A stretch of DNA of 64,000 bases from an uncultured candidatus Porisulfidus sp. (GCA_965215125.1 OZ244052.1:512001-576000), one strand, 5' to 3'. Positions 49,355 to 61,082 are shown, counted from the first letter of the stretch. Numbers and translations are program-made. Notes: generated by a model not told the origin, from the sequence alone.

Positions 49355-52042
49355 ATGGCTTTACACAAAGACTTTCCGAAATCACCGCATGCGATAATTC
49401 CACCGGAAATGAGGTGGTCTCCCAGTGCAGAAGAATATGATAAGTTTCCCCCACTCGTTGAGAGGCTCAGAAAAGAAGTCTATGAATGGCGAAAGTGCAA
49501 TTATGAAGGAGCCAGCGATACCAGCAAATCGCTTCTGAATTGGTGGTTTGCAAACGAACATATATCGGAATCCGGCGGCCACATCAGCTATTTTCGATAT
49601 TACTTTGCGCAAAGAGAAGCTGTTGAAACGGTCATTTACTTATACGATATAGCAAAGGCTAAAGATCCTAATACCTTGATAAAGTTTAGCTCTTGGCAAG
49701 ATCTAAGCCTCGGTATGTTTTATGAAACATGGCCGCGATATGTGATTAAGATGGCAACAGGGTCGGGAAAAACCAAAGTGATAAGCCTGCTTCTAGCGTG
49801 GTCTTATTTCCATAAAACATACGAAGGAAACTCGGAACTTTCTAGAAACTTTCTTATCGTTGCCCCTAACATCATCGTCTTAGATAGATTGAGAGCAGAC
49901 TTTGAGGGACTTAAGATCTTTCATAACGACCCTATCCTGCCGGTGAACGGCTATGGTGGTAGAAATTGGCAAAGCGATTTTCAGACGACTTTGCATATAC
50001 AGGATGAACTAAATGTGGTGCAACCTTTAGGGAACATTTTTCTTACTAACATCCACAGAGTCTACTCCGGAAACAACTCGCTTCCTTCGTACGAAGACGA
50101 CGATACGACAGAGTATTTTTTAGGAGATAAGCCGGTGGCTAAAACCACAGACTCCAAGATAGATTTAGGAGACATCGTACGAGAGGTTGACGAACTTCTG
50201 GTTTTTAACGATGAAGCGCACCATATCCACGATAAAGAGTTAGTCTGGTTCCAGTCTATTCAAGATATACATAATCATCTAAAACCAAAAAATAAACTTT
50301 TATCTTTGCAGATTGATGTTACCGCTACTCCCAAACACCATAACGGGGCTATCTTTGTGCAGACCATATCCGATTACCCTTTGGTAGAAGCCATCGCCCA
50401 AAATATCGTCAAACATCCGGTGTTGCCCGATGATGGTAGTTGCAAAAAATTAATAGAAAAGAAGTCCTCAAAATACACGGAGAAATACGGAGACTATATC
50501 CATCTCGGGGTCAAAGAATGGAAAAAGGCTTACGATGCAAACCTTAAGCTAGATAAAAAGTCTATTCTTTTTGTTATGACCGATGACACAAAAAATTGCG
50601 ATGAAGTCGCCGAATATCTTGAAACCACATTTCCCCAATTAAAAGATGCCGTTCTATCAATTCATACAAAGAAAAATGGAGAAATTAGTGAAGCGCAAAC
50701 GGGCAAGAAAAAAAAGGAACTGGATAAGTTAAGAAAGCAAGCGAATGAAATTGATAAATTGGATAATCCTTATAAAGCTATTGTTTCCGTTCTAGTTTTG
50801 AAAGAAGGCTGGGATGTTAAAAATGTCACCACCATCGTGGGCTTGAGACCATATGATTCGGAAAGCAAGATACTCCCGGAACAAACCTTAGGAAGAGGAT
50901 TGAGGCTCATGTATGGAGGCAAAGATAGCGATATCAAGGAAAAAGTGAGTGTTATCGGCACCAAGAACTTTATGGAATTTGTAAAGAGTGTTGACAAAGA
51001 AGGTGTTGAACTTGAATACGAAGAGATGGGAGACGATACCCCTCCCAAAACCCCTACCATTGTAGAGGTTGATAGGGGAAATAAATCAAAGGATATAGCA
51101 AAACTGAATATAACAGTACCTGTTCTAACACCTAGAAATTACAAAAAGTACGAAGACCTATCTCTTTTGGATCCCGGGAAATTCAAGACGAAAAAACTTT
51201 CGTTGGAAAAAATGAAATCAAAAGGCAAAAGAAAAATTCATTTTAATTACATGGCAGTTAAAGAGGAGCAACCCCCTTATTCCCACACAACGATACTAGA
51301 CGACTCGGAAGTTTTGGATTACAGAAATATCATAGGTTTTTTCGCAAGTACAATTAAAAAAGAGCTAAGGTTTCCCGGTGGGTACAATGTTATATACGGG
51401 AAGGTAAAGGAATTCATACGCGATCACTTATTTGAAAAGCCCGTTGAATTAGATGATATCAACACAATCTTAAATCTATCAAAATCCGATGTCACTAGAT
51501 TCATCATTGAAACTTTTATCAGAGAAATTAATATCCTGACAATCAAACCGCGTGAACAGGTAAGCTCAAAAGATCCCTCTATTAAACTAACCGACACTAA
51601 ACCGTTTATCGTGAAAGGGAAAGAGGATATGATTATTATTCCTAAAAAAAGTGTTTTTAATAAAAGTATCGGAGATAATAATTTAGAAAAGGAATTTATA
51701 GCCTTTTTAGAAAATTGCGATGACATTATTGCGTATACCAAAAACTATATCAATATAGGTATTAATATGGACTACGTAAATAAGGACGGGGATATCAAAA
51801 ATTACTATCCGGACTTTCTCGTAAAAAAATCCGAAGATGAAGTGTATGTCGTTGAGACCAAAGGGCGTGAAGATTTGAACGACTCCTTAAAACTCAAACG
51901 TTTGAAGCAATGGTGCAAGGATATGAATAACCAAGGATACAAAGCAAAATACGGCTTTGTATTTGTAGATCAAGAAGGTTTTGAAAAATATAGACCCGTT
52001 GACTTTCAGGGCCTTATTGATACATTTAAGGAATATCAGTAA
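49355..52042 (+). CDS. Type III R-M restriction subunit (Res, DEAD/H helicase-nuclease)
   Basis: MATGSGKT, DEAHH, TATP, EGWDV, QTLGRGLR, PDF...ETKG. Confidence 0.92.
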   Translation: MALHKDFPKSPHAIIPPEMRWSPSAEEYDKFPPLVERLRKEVYEWRKCNYEGASDTSKSLLNWWFANEHISESGGHISYFRYYFAQREAVETVIYLYDIAKAKDPNTLIKFSSWQDLSLGMFYETWPRYVIKMATGSGKTKVISLLLAWSYFHKTYEGNSELSRNFLIVAPNIIVLDRLRADFEGLKIFHNDPILPVNGYGGRNWQSDFQTTLHIQDELNVVQPLGNIFLTNIHRVYSGNNSLPSYEDDDTTEYFLGDKPVAKTTDSKIDLGDIVREVDELLVFNDEAHHIHDKELVWFQSIQDIHNHLKPKNKLLSLQIDVTATPKHHNGAIFVQTISDYPLVEAIAQNIVKHPVLPDDGSCKKLIEKKSSKYTEKYGDYIHLGVKEWKKAYDANLKLDKKSILFVMTDDTKNCDEVAEYLETTFPQLKDAVLSIHTKKNGEISEAQTGKKKKELDKLRKQANEIDKLDNPYKAIVSVLVLKEGWDVKNVTTIVGLRPYDSESKILPEQTLGRGLRLMYGGKDSDIKEKVSVIGTKNFMEFVKSVDKEGVELEYEEMGDDTPPKTPTIVEVDRGNKSKDIAKLNITVPVLTPRNYKKYEDLSLLDPGKFKTKKLSLEKMKSKGKRKIHFNYMAVKEEQPPYSHTTILDDSEVLDYRNIIGFFASTIKKELRFPGGYNVIYGKVKEFIRDHLFEKPVELDDINTILNLSKSDVTRFIIETFIREINILTIKPREQVSSKDPSIKLTDTKPFIVKGKEDMIIIPKKSVFNKSIGDNNLEKEFIAFLENCDDIIAYTKNYINIGINMDYVNKDGDIKNYYPDFLVKKSEDEVYVVETKGREDLNDSLKLKRLKQWCKDMNNQGYKAKYGFVFVDQEGFEKYRPVDFQGLIDTFKEYQ

Positions 52043-52105
52043 CCCGCGACTAATCTATCGCATAGCTCTGATGCAATCTAAAGTGCTGTTCGGAAGTTCG
52101 GCAAA

Positions 52106-52315
52106 CTAGTTTTGCTTATAACCCTTTATGGTCGGGCCGGGACCACCAAGAGGCGGAGACAATGTGTAGCCGGGAGGCTTGATGTCTATACCTAATTTCT
52201 TTAATTGCGCCTCTAGTTCGTTATATTGATCAATAATGGACTTAGGTACTCGTGTGTTGGTTTTAAGTAATCCCTTTGATGCTTTATATGGATCCTCTTT
52301 TTGTTTGGTGCTCAT
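52106..52315 (-). CDS. Small hypothetical protein
   Basis: GGAGG upstream of ATG; 69 aa. Confidence 0.5.
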   Translation of the reverse strand: MSTKQKEDPYKASKGLLKTNTRVPKSIIDQYNELEAQLKKLGIDIKPPGYTLSPPLGGPGPTIKGYKQN

Positions 52316-52477
52316 AGTTAAAAATATTCCTCCGTAATTGATAATGTGTGATTCGATGGCTAGCGGGTTGCTCGGATGATTGCCTCAGTGCCACTCTTTT
52401 ATATGCAGGTTCCTTTTGCAAATAGTTTTTCGCCATATCGGGCAGCCCAATTTTTGTACCTCGTACAGAAACGATAC

Positions 52478-52670
52478 GACCACCCCGTCAGGCTACGCCT
52501 GCCACCCCTCCGAAGGAGGGGAATTGACTTGTGCAGAATCTTAGCGACCACCCCATGAAAAGGTTTTATATTTTGCATATATGTTAGGGTTCTGTACGAT
52601 GGCACGCCAATTGACCTGCTGGCTCAATCGGCGGTTCTGTTGCGCCTGCCACCCCTATAAGGAGGGGAAT
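52478..52670 (+). repeat. REP-A copy plus extended REP-A composite
   Basis: 52478-52524 plain; 52546-52670 homologous to 29345-29471. Confidence 0.85.
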
Positions 52671-52698
52671 GGACGAGCATCGTGCTTGTGGTTCGGTT

Positions 52699-53619
52699 CT
52701 ATTTTTTCAGCTGTTTAATCTCGGCAACGGATAAACTGGTCAATTTTGAAATCGCAGAAACTTCATAACCTTCTTTCAACATGTTCAAAGCGATTTTTCG
52801 GGCTGTGTTTTCTTCGCCTTCTTCTATCAGTTCTTGCTTTCTCAACTGAGCTTCCCACTCACGTTTCTCCCGGGATATAGCGTTCCAATACTCCCTCTGT
52901 TCTTTGGATACTTCCTCTAAATGTTCTAATGCCATCTTCGTCTCTCCATGTTGTGATAAGTAGGCTACCTGCTCGGCTGTCAACTTCGCCGAGTGCTTGA
53001 TAATATAGCACCATCTGTCGGTCATATCAAATAGTTCAAAGTGGTTCTTATTGAACCTATTCAATTCCACGAAGAACATCTTAAACCCCCAGTAAAGTGC
53101 TCTATCCTGATAGCCTTCAAAATAGATATTTGCCTTTTTTATATAATCTTTCTCTGCTTTACTAAGCGCGCTGAACTTGGTAAATATCAGTGAGTAAGTC
53201 GGATTAGTTTTGTTCAGTTTTTGTCCACGCTTTAAGGATTGAATATGTAACTTCGCCCAATAGAACAACATTCTAAACAAGAAGTATTTATGAGGATAGC
53301 CTTGCATCTCTATGTCGACATGCTCACCGCTGTTTAATTTGACATGGAGGTCTAGCACGACCTGTTTGCCATCCGGTGTGTGTGGTGGGATAGCACTGTC
53401 CTGCAGATGTAACTTATCGTCCGATTGACCGGGTTGATTGGTGGTGTCGGATGCGGTGTCTAGTATGTTGGGATTGAGTATCACCATATCCGAAGCACGA
53501 TCGGAGATCGGCAGGAAGCTCTTAAGTAGCGAGAACAATAATTGCTTATTGCTAGAGAAGTATCGCTTAAAGGAAATGTCTTCTGTCAAGTCTAAGTAGC
53601 CGAGATGTTTTTCATCCAT
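52699..53619 (-). CDS. Rpn-family nuclease/putative transposase (paralog 2)
   Basis: D.SFKRYF, IEMQ, DRWCYIIKHS; ATG 53619 preceded by GGAG. Confidence 0.9.
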   Translation of the reverse strand: MDEKHLGYLDLTEDISFKRYFSSNKQLLFSLLKSFLPISDRASDMVILNPNILDTASDTTNQPGQSDDKLHLQDSAIPPHTPDGKQVVLDLHVKLNSGEHVDIEMQGYPHKYFLFRMLFYWAKLHIQSLKRGQKLNKTNPTYSLIFTKFSALSKAEKDYIKKANIYFEGYQDRALYWGFKMFFVELNRFNKNHFELFDMTDRWCYIIKHSAKLTAEQVAYLSQHGETKMALEHLEEVSKEQREYWNAISREKREWEAQLRKQELIEEGEENTARKIALNMLKEGYEVSAISKLTSLSVAEIKQLKK

Positions 53620-53782
53620 AGTAAATCTCCTATAAATTGAGTGTAAAACATCTACCATAAAGCCGGTATTGGGTGCGATGAGAGACAAATGGATGAACGG
53701 TAGTAAATAAGGGTTGAACGGTATGTTAGGGTGATGTGAGGCGGCTGAGTCGCTGCTTGTTGCAGTTGTGCAGACTCTTATC

Positions 53783-53909
53783 GACCACCCCGTCAGGCTG
53801 CGCCTGCCACCCCTCCACAGGAGGGGAATGTACCGACACTATACCTTGTGCAGACCCTTAGCGACCACCCCGTCAGGCTTCGCCTGCCACCCCTCCACAG
53901 GAGGGGAAT
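53783..53909 (+). repeat. Two REP-A copies (80-bp period)
   Basis: 53783-53829 and 53863-53909. Confidence 0.9.
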
Positions 53910-53927
53910 TAAAAAGATTGGCCTTGA

Positions 53928-54569
53928 TTATTTTGAATAGTTATTCGGGGGATCTATATCTGCAACCCCCGCCGCAGATTTCCGAGTTTGTGGGTCAATA
54001 TTACTAACGGATATGTCACAGGCTTTCAATACTTGATCTCTTAGTATCAGTCCTAAAACCCGCATTAAATCCCTTATCTGGATACCTTCGTTAAAAGCCA
54101 CATTAGCCAGCTTATCGTATTGCTCTTTATCATTTTTTTCTAAGTCTTTGGGGATTTGGTTTTGCGCAAAATCAAAACAACTTTGCTGTATTTGATAAGC
54201 ATTCATTTCCCGCTTTTTAGCTTTCTTAGTAAGTTTCTCTCTGTATCTATCAGTTATGAACTTTACATCAATCTTTTTAGACAGTGATTCCCCATATTCA
54301 CTCAATGACACCGGGCTATCGCTTCGATATATTGCCTTACCTCTAGAGGCAATCACTTCATCGGAAAGAGTATCTACTCTTTCGATAAGAACATTTATTT
54401 TGTCACGAATTTCCTCTATTGACTTAAGTCCTTTGAGAAGACCTTGTGCGTTTGTTCTGATATCTTCTAAATCTTTCAATTTTGAGTTCGCTGTGACAAA
54501 CCACGCGATAATACCAAAGAGGATTACGAAAGATAAGATATTCTCTAATATATAATTGACTACAATCAT
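53928..54569 (-). CDS. Hypothetical protein with N-terminal TM and coiled coil
   Basis: AAGGA RBS, 213-aa ORF, AT-rich. Confidence 0.6.
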   Translation of the reverse strand: MIVVNYILENILSFVILFGIIAWFVTANSKLKDLEDIRTNAQGLLKGLKSIEEIRDKINVLIERVDTLSDEVIASRGKAIYRSDSPVSLSEYGESLSKKIDVKFITDRYREKLTKKAKKREMNAYQIQQSCFDFAQNQIPKDLEKNDKEQYDKLANVAFNEGIQIRDLMRVLGLILRDQVLKACDISVSNIDPQTRKSAAGVADIDPPNNYSK

Positions 54570-54699
54570 TTCATTATCCTTTAACTAACTTTTATTTGTA
54601 CGCAATTATACAATAAATTACTTTGCCCTGCCCTCATTTTTAGAGTCACCCGACACCCCGCCACAGGAGGGGAATCGTACGAGACTACAAAGGAAGGGG

Positions 54700-55086
54700 C
54701 TAGCTTTCTTCTACAGGTGGTGTTTGTTGTTCACGACCGACCAAGCATACATAAGCCATCGGGGCATTATCTCCTTTGCGAAAGCCGTGTTTGAGGATGC
54801 GTAGATAGCCGCCGGGACGTTCACGATAATAGGGGCCGAGGTCGGTGAATAGTTTATTGACTGCCGACTTATCGCGCAGTTTGGCAAAGGCGCGCCTGCG
54901 TGCGGCAACATTATCGTTCTTAGCGAGCGTGATGATAGGTTCTATAACTCGTCTTAATTCTTTCGCTCGGGTAAGCGTTGTGTGTATTTTCTCGTGTTCA
55001 ATCAGCGATACCGACATATTTGCAAAGAGGGCTTTGCGGTGTGACGGGGTGATATTGAGTTTTCTGCCCGAATTAAGATGGCGCAT
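54700..55086 (-). CDS. rplQ: 50S ribosomal protein L17
   Basis: MRH..GRKL, R.GGY.RI.K.GFR.GDNAPMA. Confidence 0.97.
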   Translation of the reverse strand: MRHLNSGRKLNITPSHRKALFANMSVSLIEHEKIHTTLTRAKELRRVIEPIITLAKNDNVAARRRAFAKLRDKSAVNKLFTDLGPYYRERPGGYLRILKHGFRKGDNAPMAYVCLVGREQQTPPVEES

Positions 55087-55098
55087 GGTTTTCTCGTC

Positions 55099-56103
55099 TT
55101 AATCTCTGCCGGGGCGACCTGCCGTCCAGTTAGAGGCTAATTGAGCCGGCGGCCAATTTTCAATTTCCATGCCTAAGCGCAGGCCGAAATCGGCAAGCAT
55201 ATTCTTGATCTCGGTTAAAGACTTTTTACCTAAATTGGGTGTTCTCATCAAGTCCATTTCCGATCTAATCACCAAATCGCCCAAGTAGTATATTTTCTCG
55301 GATTTCAAACAATTTGCCGAGCGTACGGTCAAGTCAACTTCCTCGACCGGCTTCATCAAGAGTTCGTCTATTTCATTTTTGCTACTTTCTTGCTCGGTGA
55401 TTTCAATTTCTTCAAGATTAACGAAAACATTCAACTGGGAATGTAGCGTTATTGCTGCTTGGCTAACAAGTTCCTCTGCGCTGACCGTGCCGTTGGTCTC
55501 TAACTCTAATATCAGTTTATCCAAATCGGTACGGTCGCCCACACGGGTGCTCTCGACATTGTACGATACCTTTTTGATCGGGCTGAAACTGGCATCGAGT
55601 AATAAGCTACCTACGACTTGATTTTCTTTTTTCTCTTTGCGCACGACCGCCGGCTGGTAGCCTCGCCCTTTTTCAATCCACAGATCCATTTCCAGTTCGC
55701 CCCTATCGCTCAGATGTGCGATAATATGGTCTTTATTGGCGATTTCAACCGTCTCTTCTATTTGTATATCGGCACCGGTAACCACACCCTTGCCTTTTTT
55801 ATGCACACGCACCATCGTTGCGTCTTTCTCGTATAGCCTAATTGCCAGTCCTTTCAAATTGAGCAGTATATCTATGACATCTTCCTGCACACCTTCGAGT
55901 GTGGAATATTCGTGCAATACATTAGCGATTTTTGCTTCCACAACGGCGGCACCGGTCATTGCCGAAAATAAAACGCGACGCATGGCATTGCCTAGGGTAT
56001 GCCCGAAACCGCGCTCCAGCGGCTGTATACAAACACGTACGTGATTGTCGGAAAATCTTTGTATTTCAACCGAACCCGGTCTTAATAAATTAGTATAGCT
56101 CAC
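55099..56103 (-). CDS. rpoA: RNA polymerase alpha subunit
   Basis: [30 protein letters not shown]. Confidence 0.98.
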   Translation of the reverse strand: MSYTNLLRPGSVEIQRFSDNHVRVCIQPLERGFGHTLGNAMRRVLFSAMTGAAVVEAKIANVLHEYSTLEGVQEDVIDILLNLKGLAIRLYEKDATMVRVHKKGKGVVTGADIQIEETVEIANKDHIIAHLSDRGELEMDLWIEKGRGYQPAVVRKEKKENQVVGSLLLDASFSPIKKVSYNVESTRVGDRTDLDKLILELETNGTVSAEELVSQAAITLHSQLNVFVNLEEIEITEQESSKNEIDELLMKPVEEVDLTVRSANCLKSEKIYYLGDLVIRSEMDLMRTPNLGKKSLTEIKNMLADFGLRLGMEIENWPPAQLASNWTAGRPGRD

Positions 56104-56125
56104 GCTTGCCTCCTGATCATTGAGT

Positions 56126-56746
56126 TTATTTGGAGTACAGCTCTACTACGAGCGACTCGTTAATTTCTTGGGGTAAATCGGAACGTTGCGGATAAGATTT
56201 GAATTCCGCTTCAAAGGCTTTGGTATCAACCTTAATCCATTCTACAAAACCGAGCTGCTCGGCAATGTCTATTGCGTCTTTGATTCTAAGCTGTGCTTTT
56301 GCCTTATCGGTAATTGCAATCTTATCGGACGGTTTAACTTGATACGAGGGTATATTGACTACGATGCCGTTGACCATAACCGCTTTATGACTCACCAGTT
56401 GACGACATTCCGCACGGGTAGAACCGAATCCCGAACGATATACTACGTTATCTAATCTACCCTCCAATAGACGTAATAAATTCTCGCCGGTAGAACCTCT
56501 TTCTTTGGCAGCTTTCTTGTAGTAATTTCTGAATTGTCTCTCAAGCACGCCGTAAATACGACGCAATTTTTGTTTTTCTCGTAGCTGTATACCGTAATCG
56601 GTTTGTCGCGGACGTCTCTCTAGTTGTGGCCCGGGCGGTCTCGACATATTGCATTTTTTGTCTAAAGAACGACCGCGACCTTTCAACATCAAGTCTGTAC
56701 TTTCGCGTTTGCTAAGTTTGCATGTAGGACCTAAATAGCGTGCCAT
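56126..56746 (-). CDS. rpsD: 30S ribosomal protein S4
   Basis: [27 protein letters not shown]. Confidence 0.98.
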   Translation of the reverse strand: MARYLGPTCKLSKRESTDLMLKGRGRSLDKKCNMSRPPGPQLERRPRQTDYGIQLREKQKLRRIYGVLERQFRNYYKKAAKERGSTGENLLRLLEGRLDNVVYRSGFGSTRAECRQLVSHKAVMVNGIVVNIPSYQVKPSDKIAITDKAKAQLRIKDAIDIAEQLGFVEWIKVDTKAFEAEFKSYPQRSDLPQEINESLVVELYSK

Positions 56747-56759
56747 CGTTTCCGTCTCC

Positions 56760-57155
56760 TCAAATCCTGCGTTTCTTAGGAGGTCTGCACCCGTTGTGCG
56801 GCAGCGGCGTCACATCGGTAATGCTGCGAATACTAAAACCGACTGCATGCAATGCGCGTATAGCCGACTCTCGGCCGGGACCGGGACCTCTGACTTGCAC
56901 TGTCACGCGCTTGACACCGTATTGCTGTGCTCGTTCCGCCGCTTGAGTCGCTGCGATCTGTGCGGCAAACGGCGTGCTTTTACGCGAACCTTTGAATCCT
57001 GCGGCACCGGCACTAGACCAGCACAGGGTATCGCCTGTGGGGTCGGAAATGGTAACGATAGTATTGTTGAAAGAAGAGTTGATGTGGGCTATCGCCTCGG
57101 GTACTTCTTTCTTTATTTTCTTACGTGTTTTGGTTTTAGTCTTTGCTTTTGCCAT
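56760..57155 (-). CDS. rpsK: 30S ribosomal protein S11
   Basis: [23 protein letters not shown]. Confidence 0.98.
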   Translation of the reverse strand: MAKAKTKTKTRKKIKKEVPEAIAHINSSFNNTIVTISDPTGDTLCWSSAGAAGFKGSRKSTPFAAQIAATQAAERAQQYGVKRVTVQVRGPGPGRESAIRALHAVGFSIRSITDVTPLPHNGCRPPKKRRI

Positions 57156-57164
57156 AGTGTCGTT

Positions 57165-57521
57165 TTACTTCTTCATTTGTCGTCTGGGTCCTTTGCGGGT
57201 ACGCGCATTGGTTTTGGTGCGCTGACCGCGTACCGGCAACCCGCGTCTGTGTCGTATGCCTCTATAGCACCCTAAATCTCTAAGTCGTTTGATATTCAGG
57301 CTGATATCGCGGCGCAAATCGCCTTCTATCGTATAATTCGTAACTTCCTGGCGCAATTTGTCTAAATCGCTATCGGACAGTTCTTTGATTTTGCGGCTGG
57401 GTTCGATCTTCGTATTCGCACAAATTTCGCGTGCACGGGTTCTGCCGATGCCGAATATGGCGGTTAAAGCAATCTCGGCGTGCTTATTATCGGGTATATT
57501 AACTCCTGCTATACGTGCCAT
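57165..57521 (-). CDS. rpsM: 30S ribosomal protein S13
   Basis: [28 protein letters not shown]. Confidence 0.98.
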   Translation of the reverse strand: MARIAGVNIPDNKHAEIALTAIFGIGRTRAREICANTKIEPSRKIKELSDSDLDKLRQEVTNYTIEGDLRRDISLNIKRLRDLGCYRGIRHRRGLPVRGQRTKTNARTRKGPRRQMKK

Positions 57522-57599
57522 ACTCTAAAAGTTTCCTGCTTTAGTTGTTGAAAAAAACGCATTATTATAAACCGCTTAAGGCTGTTTGACTAGCTTTAT

Positions 57600-57713
57600 T
57601 TAGCCTTGCCGTTGCTTATGGCGAGGATCTTTGCAGATCACCCGCAATACACCTTTCCTGCGTAATAACTTGCAGTGGCGACATATTTTCTTAACCGATG
57701 CACCTACTTTCAT
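57600..57713 (-). CDS. rpmJ: 50S ribosomal protein L36 (Zn-binding type)
   Basis: Manual translation [37 protein letters not shown]. Confidence 0.95.
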   Translation of the reverse strand: MKVGASVKKICRHCKLLRRKGVLRVICKDPRHKQRQG

Positions 57714-57723
57714 AATACCTCCG

Positions 57724-59061
57724 TCATACTAATCTACGGCTTGCACCGCGGCGCTGTTTCAGGTTTGCTTTCTTAAGCAAACCCTCGTATTGATGAGACA
57801 TTAGGTGGGTCTGTAATTGCCCCATAAAATCCATAATAACAACAACAATAATCAACAAGGATGTGCCGCCGAAATAAAACGGCACATTCCACGATAAAAT
57901 CAAAAACTCGGGCAATAAACAAACCAAAGTGATATAAATAGCTCCCATCACCGTCAAACGGCTCAGTATATTATCTATATAGGTTGCGGTCTGCTCGCCG
58001 GGGCGTATACCCGGAATAAACGCACCGCCTCGCTTTAAGTTATCCGCCGTTTCTCTAGCATCAAACACGATCGCGGTATAGAAAAAACAAAAGAACATAA
58101 TCGCAAAAGCATAAAAAGCGATATAGAGCGGCTGACCGGGTGCCATTGCATTGGATATCTCCGATAGCCATCCCATCCCTTCGGCGCGACCGAACCATTG
58201 GCCTAGGGTTGCAGGAAACAAAATAATACTTGAAGCAAAGATCGGCGGAATCACGCCTGCCATGTTGAGCTTGAGCGGGAGATGACTGGACGGTGCGGAA
58301 AATAGCCTTTGCCCGCGTTGTTGTCTCGCATAGTTTATAGTCACTCGCCGTTGTCCTTTCTCGGCAAATACCACAAAAGCGGTCACCGCAATCGCTAAAA
58401 ACAAAATTAGCATAACCAAAGGCGGAGCCAGTTCGCCGGTGTTGGCCAACTCTAGGGTGCCGCCGAATGCAGCGGGTAGCCCGGCAACGATACCGGCGAA
58501 GATCAATATAGAGATGCCGTTGCCTATTCCTCTTTCGTTAATCTGCTCTCCGAGCCACATTAGAAACATCGTCCCGGTAACCAAAGAAATAGCAACCACC
58601 GCAATAAAACCAAAGCCGGTAATGTAAGATACATTTTGACTTTGCAATGCGATGGCAACACCTATCGCTTGAAAGGTTGCAAGCACAACCGTGCCGTAGC
58701 GAGTATATTTGGTAATGGTGCGGCGACCTTGCTCGCCTTCCTTCTTGAGTTCTTTGAGGTAGGGTATGATTGCCGACATCAGCTGCATAATAATCGCCGA
58801 AGAGATATAAGGCATCACGCCCAACGCAAACAAGCTTAACCTTTCCAACGCACCACCGGAAAACATGTTGAACATCGCCAAGATAGTACCGCTTTGCTGC
58901 TCAAAAAATTGTGCCATTTGAACGGGGTCTATACCCGGCACCGGAATAAAACTGCCTAAACGAAAAATTACCAAAGCCAGCAATACGAAACCGATTCGTC
59001 TTTTGAGCTCACCGTACTTGCTACCCGCAATGTTTGCCATTTGTGCCGCTGCTGCAACCAT
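57724..59061 (-). CDS. secY: Preprotein translocase SecY
   Basis: [37 protein letters not shown]. Confidence 0.98.
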   Translation of the reverse strand: MVAAAAQMANIAGSKYGELKRRIGFVLLALVIFRLGSFIPVPGIDPVQMAQFFEQQSGTILAMFNMFSGGALERLSLFALGVMPYISSAIIMQLMSAIIPYLKELKKEGEQGRRTITKYTRYGTVVLATFQAIGVAIALQSQNVSYITGFGFIAVVAISLVTGTMFLMWLGEQINERGIGNGISILIFAGIVAGLPAAFGGTLELANTGELAPPLVMLILFLAIAVTAFVVFAEKGQRRVTINYARQQRGQRLFSAPSSHLPLKLNMAGVIPPIFASSIILFPATLGQWFGRAEGMGWLSEISNAMAPGQPLYIAFYAFAIMFFCFFYTAIVFDARETADNLKRGGAFIPGIRPGEQTATYIDNILSRLTVMGAIYITLVCLLPEFLILSWNVPFYFGGTSLLIIVVVIMDFMGQLQTHLMSHQYEGLLKKANLKQRRGASRRLV

Positions 59062-59062
59062 T

Positions 59063-59506
59063 TTATTCCACCTTCCCGCCGAGCGACTCTATTTGCACAC
59101 GCGCCCCTTTGCTGAGCTTCACACCTTTGACGGTCAAAGTTTTTTCTAAACTGCCCGAGACGATTATTTTTGCTTTCTCGGTTTGCTTAGAAATAATCTT
59201 TGCTTCTTGCAATGCTTTTATATCGCATACATCGCCCGATAATTTATTCAACTCGTGCAGTTTTACTTCGGCGCATCCGACAATTCTGGAAGAGAAGCCG
59301 ACCTTGGGCAATCGTCTCTGTAAAGGCATTTGCCCACCCTCGAAACCAACCTTATGATAGCCGCCGGAACGAGATTTTTGACCTTTGTAGCCCCGTCCGC
59401 AGGTTGTTCCGAAACCCGAACCGTTGCCGCGTCCGACCCGCTTACGTGCGGCCTTTTGCCGACTTCCCTTAATCGTATTTAAGGTTAAGGATGGATGCTC
59501 AGACAT
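59063..59506 (-). CDS. rplO: 50S ribosomal protein L15
   Basis: [22 protein letters not shown]. Confidence 0.97.
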   Translation of the reverse strand: MSEHPSLTLNTIKGSRQKAARKRVGRGNGSGFGTTCGRGYKGQKSRSGGYHKVGFEGGQMPLQRRLPKVGFSSRIVGCAEVKLHELNKLSGDVCDIKALQEAKIISKQTEKAKIIVSGSLEKTLTVKGVKLSKGARVQIESLGGKVE

Positions 59507-59687
59507 TTTCTTCCACCCGCAGTAAATAATTAATTTTGTTGATCATTCCACGATTTTCCGGCGTATCTATCACCCACACCGGATTATGCATACGCCTGAT
59601 GCCCAGACCTTGCGCACACGCTTTGTGTTTTTTCAATCGCCCGTTTAGGCTCTTGACTAGAGTCAATTTGATTCGTTTATCACTCAT
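59499..59687 (-). CDS. rpmD: 50S ribosomal protein L30
   Basis: [16 protein letters not shown]. Confidence 0.95.
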   Translation of the reverse strand: MSDKRIKLTLVKSLNGRLKKHKACAQGLGIRRMHNPVWVIDTPENRGMINKINYLLRVEENV

Positions 59688-60190
59688 GGCAATATATCCT
59701 TGACATCGAGACCTCGTTTTGCAGCAATGTCTTGCGGCGAGTAGATGTTTTGTAGACCGTTCAATGTCGCCTTAACAATGTTGATCGGGTTTCTTGACCC
59801 TATGCACTTGGCAAGTACGTTATGTACGCCTATAACCTCAAACACCGCCCGCATTGCGCCGCCGGCGATGATACCGGTACCTTCGGATGCCGGCGACAGA
59901 TAGACTTTGGCAGCCCCGTACTTTCCTACGATAGGATAATAAAGCGTGTTATTGTTCAAAGAGACTTCTATCATTTCTCGGCGCGCGCTTTCCATTGCTT
60001 TGTGAATCGCCATCGGCACTTCTTTGGCTTTGCCGTAGCCTATGCCGATTTTACCGGCACCATTACCGACAACGGTCAGCGCGGTAAAACCGAATTGCCT
60101 GCCTCCTTTGATGACTTTGGCGACGCGGTTTACCACAATGAGCTTTTCCAGCAAGCCGTCCGTTGATTCAGCTATTTCTATATTAGACAT
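59684..60190 (-). CDS. rpsE: 30S ribosomal protein S5
   Basis: [17 protein letters not shown]. Confidence 0.97.
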   Translation of the reverse strand: MSNIEIAESTDGLLEKLIVVNRVAKVIKGGRQFGFTALTVVGNGAGKIGIGYGKAKEVPMAIHKAMESARREMIEVSLNNNTLYYPIVGKYGAAKVYLSPASEGTGIIAGGAMRAVFEVIGVHNVLAKCIGSRNPINIVKATLNGLQNIYSPQDIAAKRGLDVKDILP

Positions 60191-60192
60191 CT

Positions 60193-60543
60193 CTAAAATT
60201 CCATGCCGTTTTCGCGCATCGCATCGGCTAAAGATCGAATACGTCCATGATACTTGAAGCCCGATCGATCAAAAGCGATACGTGTGATACCACAATCTTT
60301 AGCTTTGGCAGCCATCATCTCGCCGACTTTACGCGCTGCCGCTTTTTTGTCACCGCGCTCGTTAAAAGATTTGCCGACGGTAGAAGCCGAAGCTAAGGTC
60401 TTGCCGCTCGGTTCAATCAACTGCGCATAAATATGCTGCGGGGTTTTATGGATGCATACGCGATGCGTATCTTTGAGACGCGCGATTCTCGCACGTGTTC
60501 TGCTTACACGTTTGACGGACGATGCGGTATGTTTTGCTCTCAT
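60193..60543 (-). CDS. rplR: 50S ribosomal protein L18
   Basis: [16 protein letters not shown]. Confidence 0.95.
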   Translation of the reverse strand: MRAKHTASSVKRVSRTRARIARLKDTHRVCIHKTPQHIYAQLIEPSGKTLASASTVGKSFNERGDKKAAARKVGEMMAAKAKDCGITRIAFDRSGFKYHGRIRSLADAMRENGMEF

Positions 60544-60553
60544 CTATATAGCC

Positions 60554-61081
60554 CTACTTCTTCTTAGCTTCTTTTCTGGTTATTTGCTCGCCGGCATAGC
60601 GCAAACCTTTGCCCTTATAGGGTTCGGGTGGACGAAAGGCGCGAATTTCGGTTGCGACCTGCCCTACTTTTTGTTTGTCTATGCCTTTGACCACAATCTC
60701 GGTGGCACTCGGTGTCTCTACCGTAACACCCTCGATTACCTGATAATCTACGGGGTGTGAAAAACCTATTTGCAAATTCAATTTGTCCTTGCCTTTAGCT
60801 TGCGCCCTATACCCTACCCCGACTAGTTCAAGCTTACGCTCAAAACCTTCTGCCACACCCTGGATCAGGTTGTTGGTCAAAGCGTGCATCGTCCCGGCGA
60901 GTGCTTTACCATCGCGCTCGGCACTAAACATAATACCTTCGTCTTTTAATTCAAATTGAACCATTTCGTGTATCTCCAATGTGTTTTCACCCTTTTTGCC
61001 TTTGGCGCGTATTTTTTGTCCTTCTATTTTAACTTCTACACCGTCGGGAATAATGACCGGTTTTTTAATCAATCTAGACAT
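60554..61081 (-). CDS. rplF: 50S ribosomal protein L6
   Basis: GVGYRA, RPPEPYKGKG; ATG 61081. Confidence 0.97.
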   Translation of the reverse strand: MSRLIKKPVIIPDGVEVKIEGQKIRAKGKKGENTLEIHEMVQFELKDEGIMFSAERDGKALAGTMHALTNNLIQGVAEGFERKLELVGVGYRAQAKGKDKLNLQIGFSHPVDYQVIEGVTVETPSATEIVVKGIDKQKVGQVATEIRAFRPPEPYKGKGLRYAGEQITRKEAKKK

Positions 61082-61082
61082 C

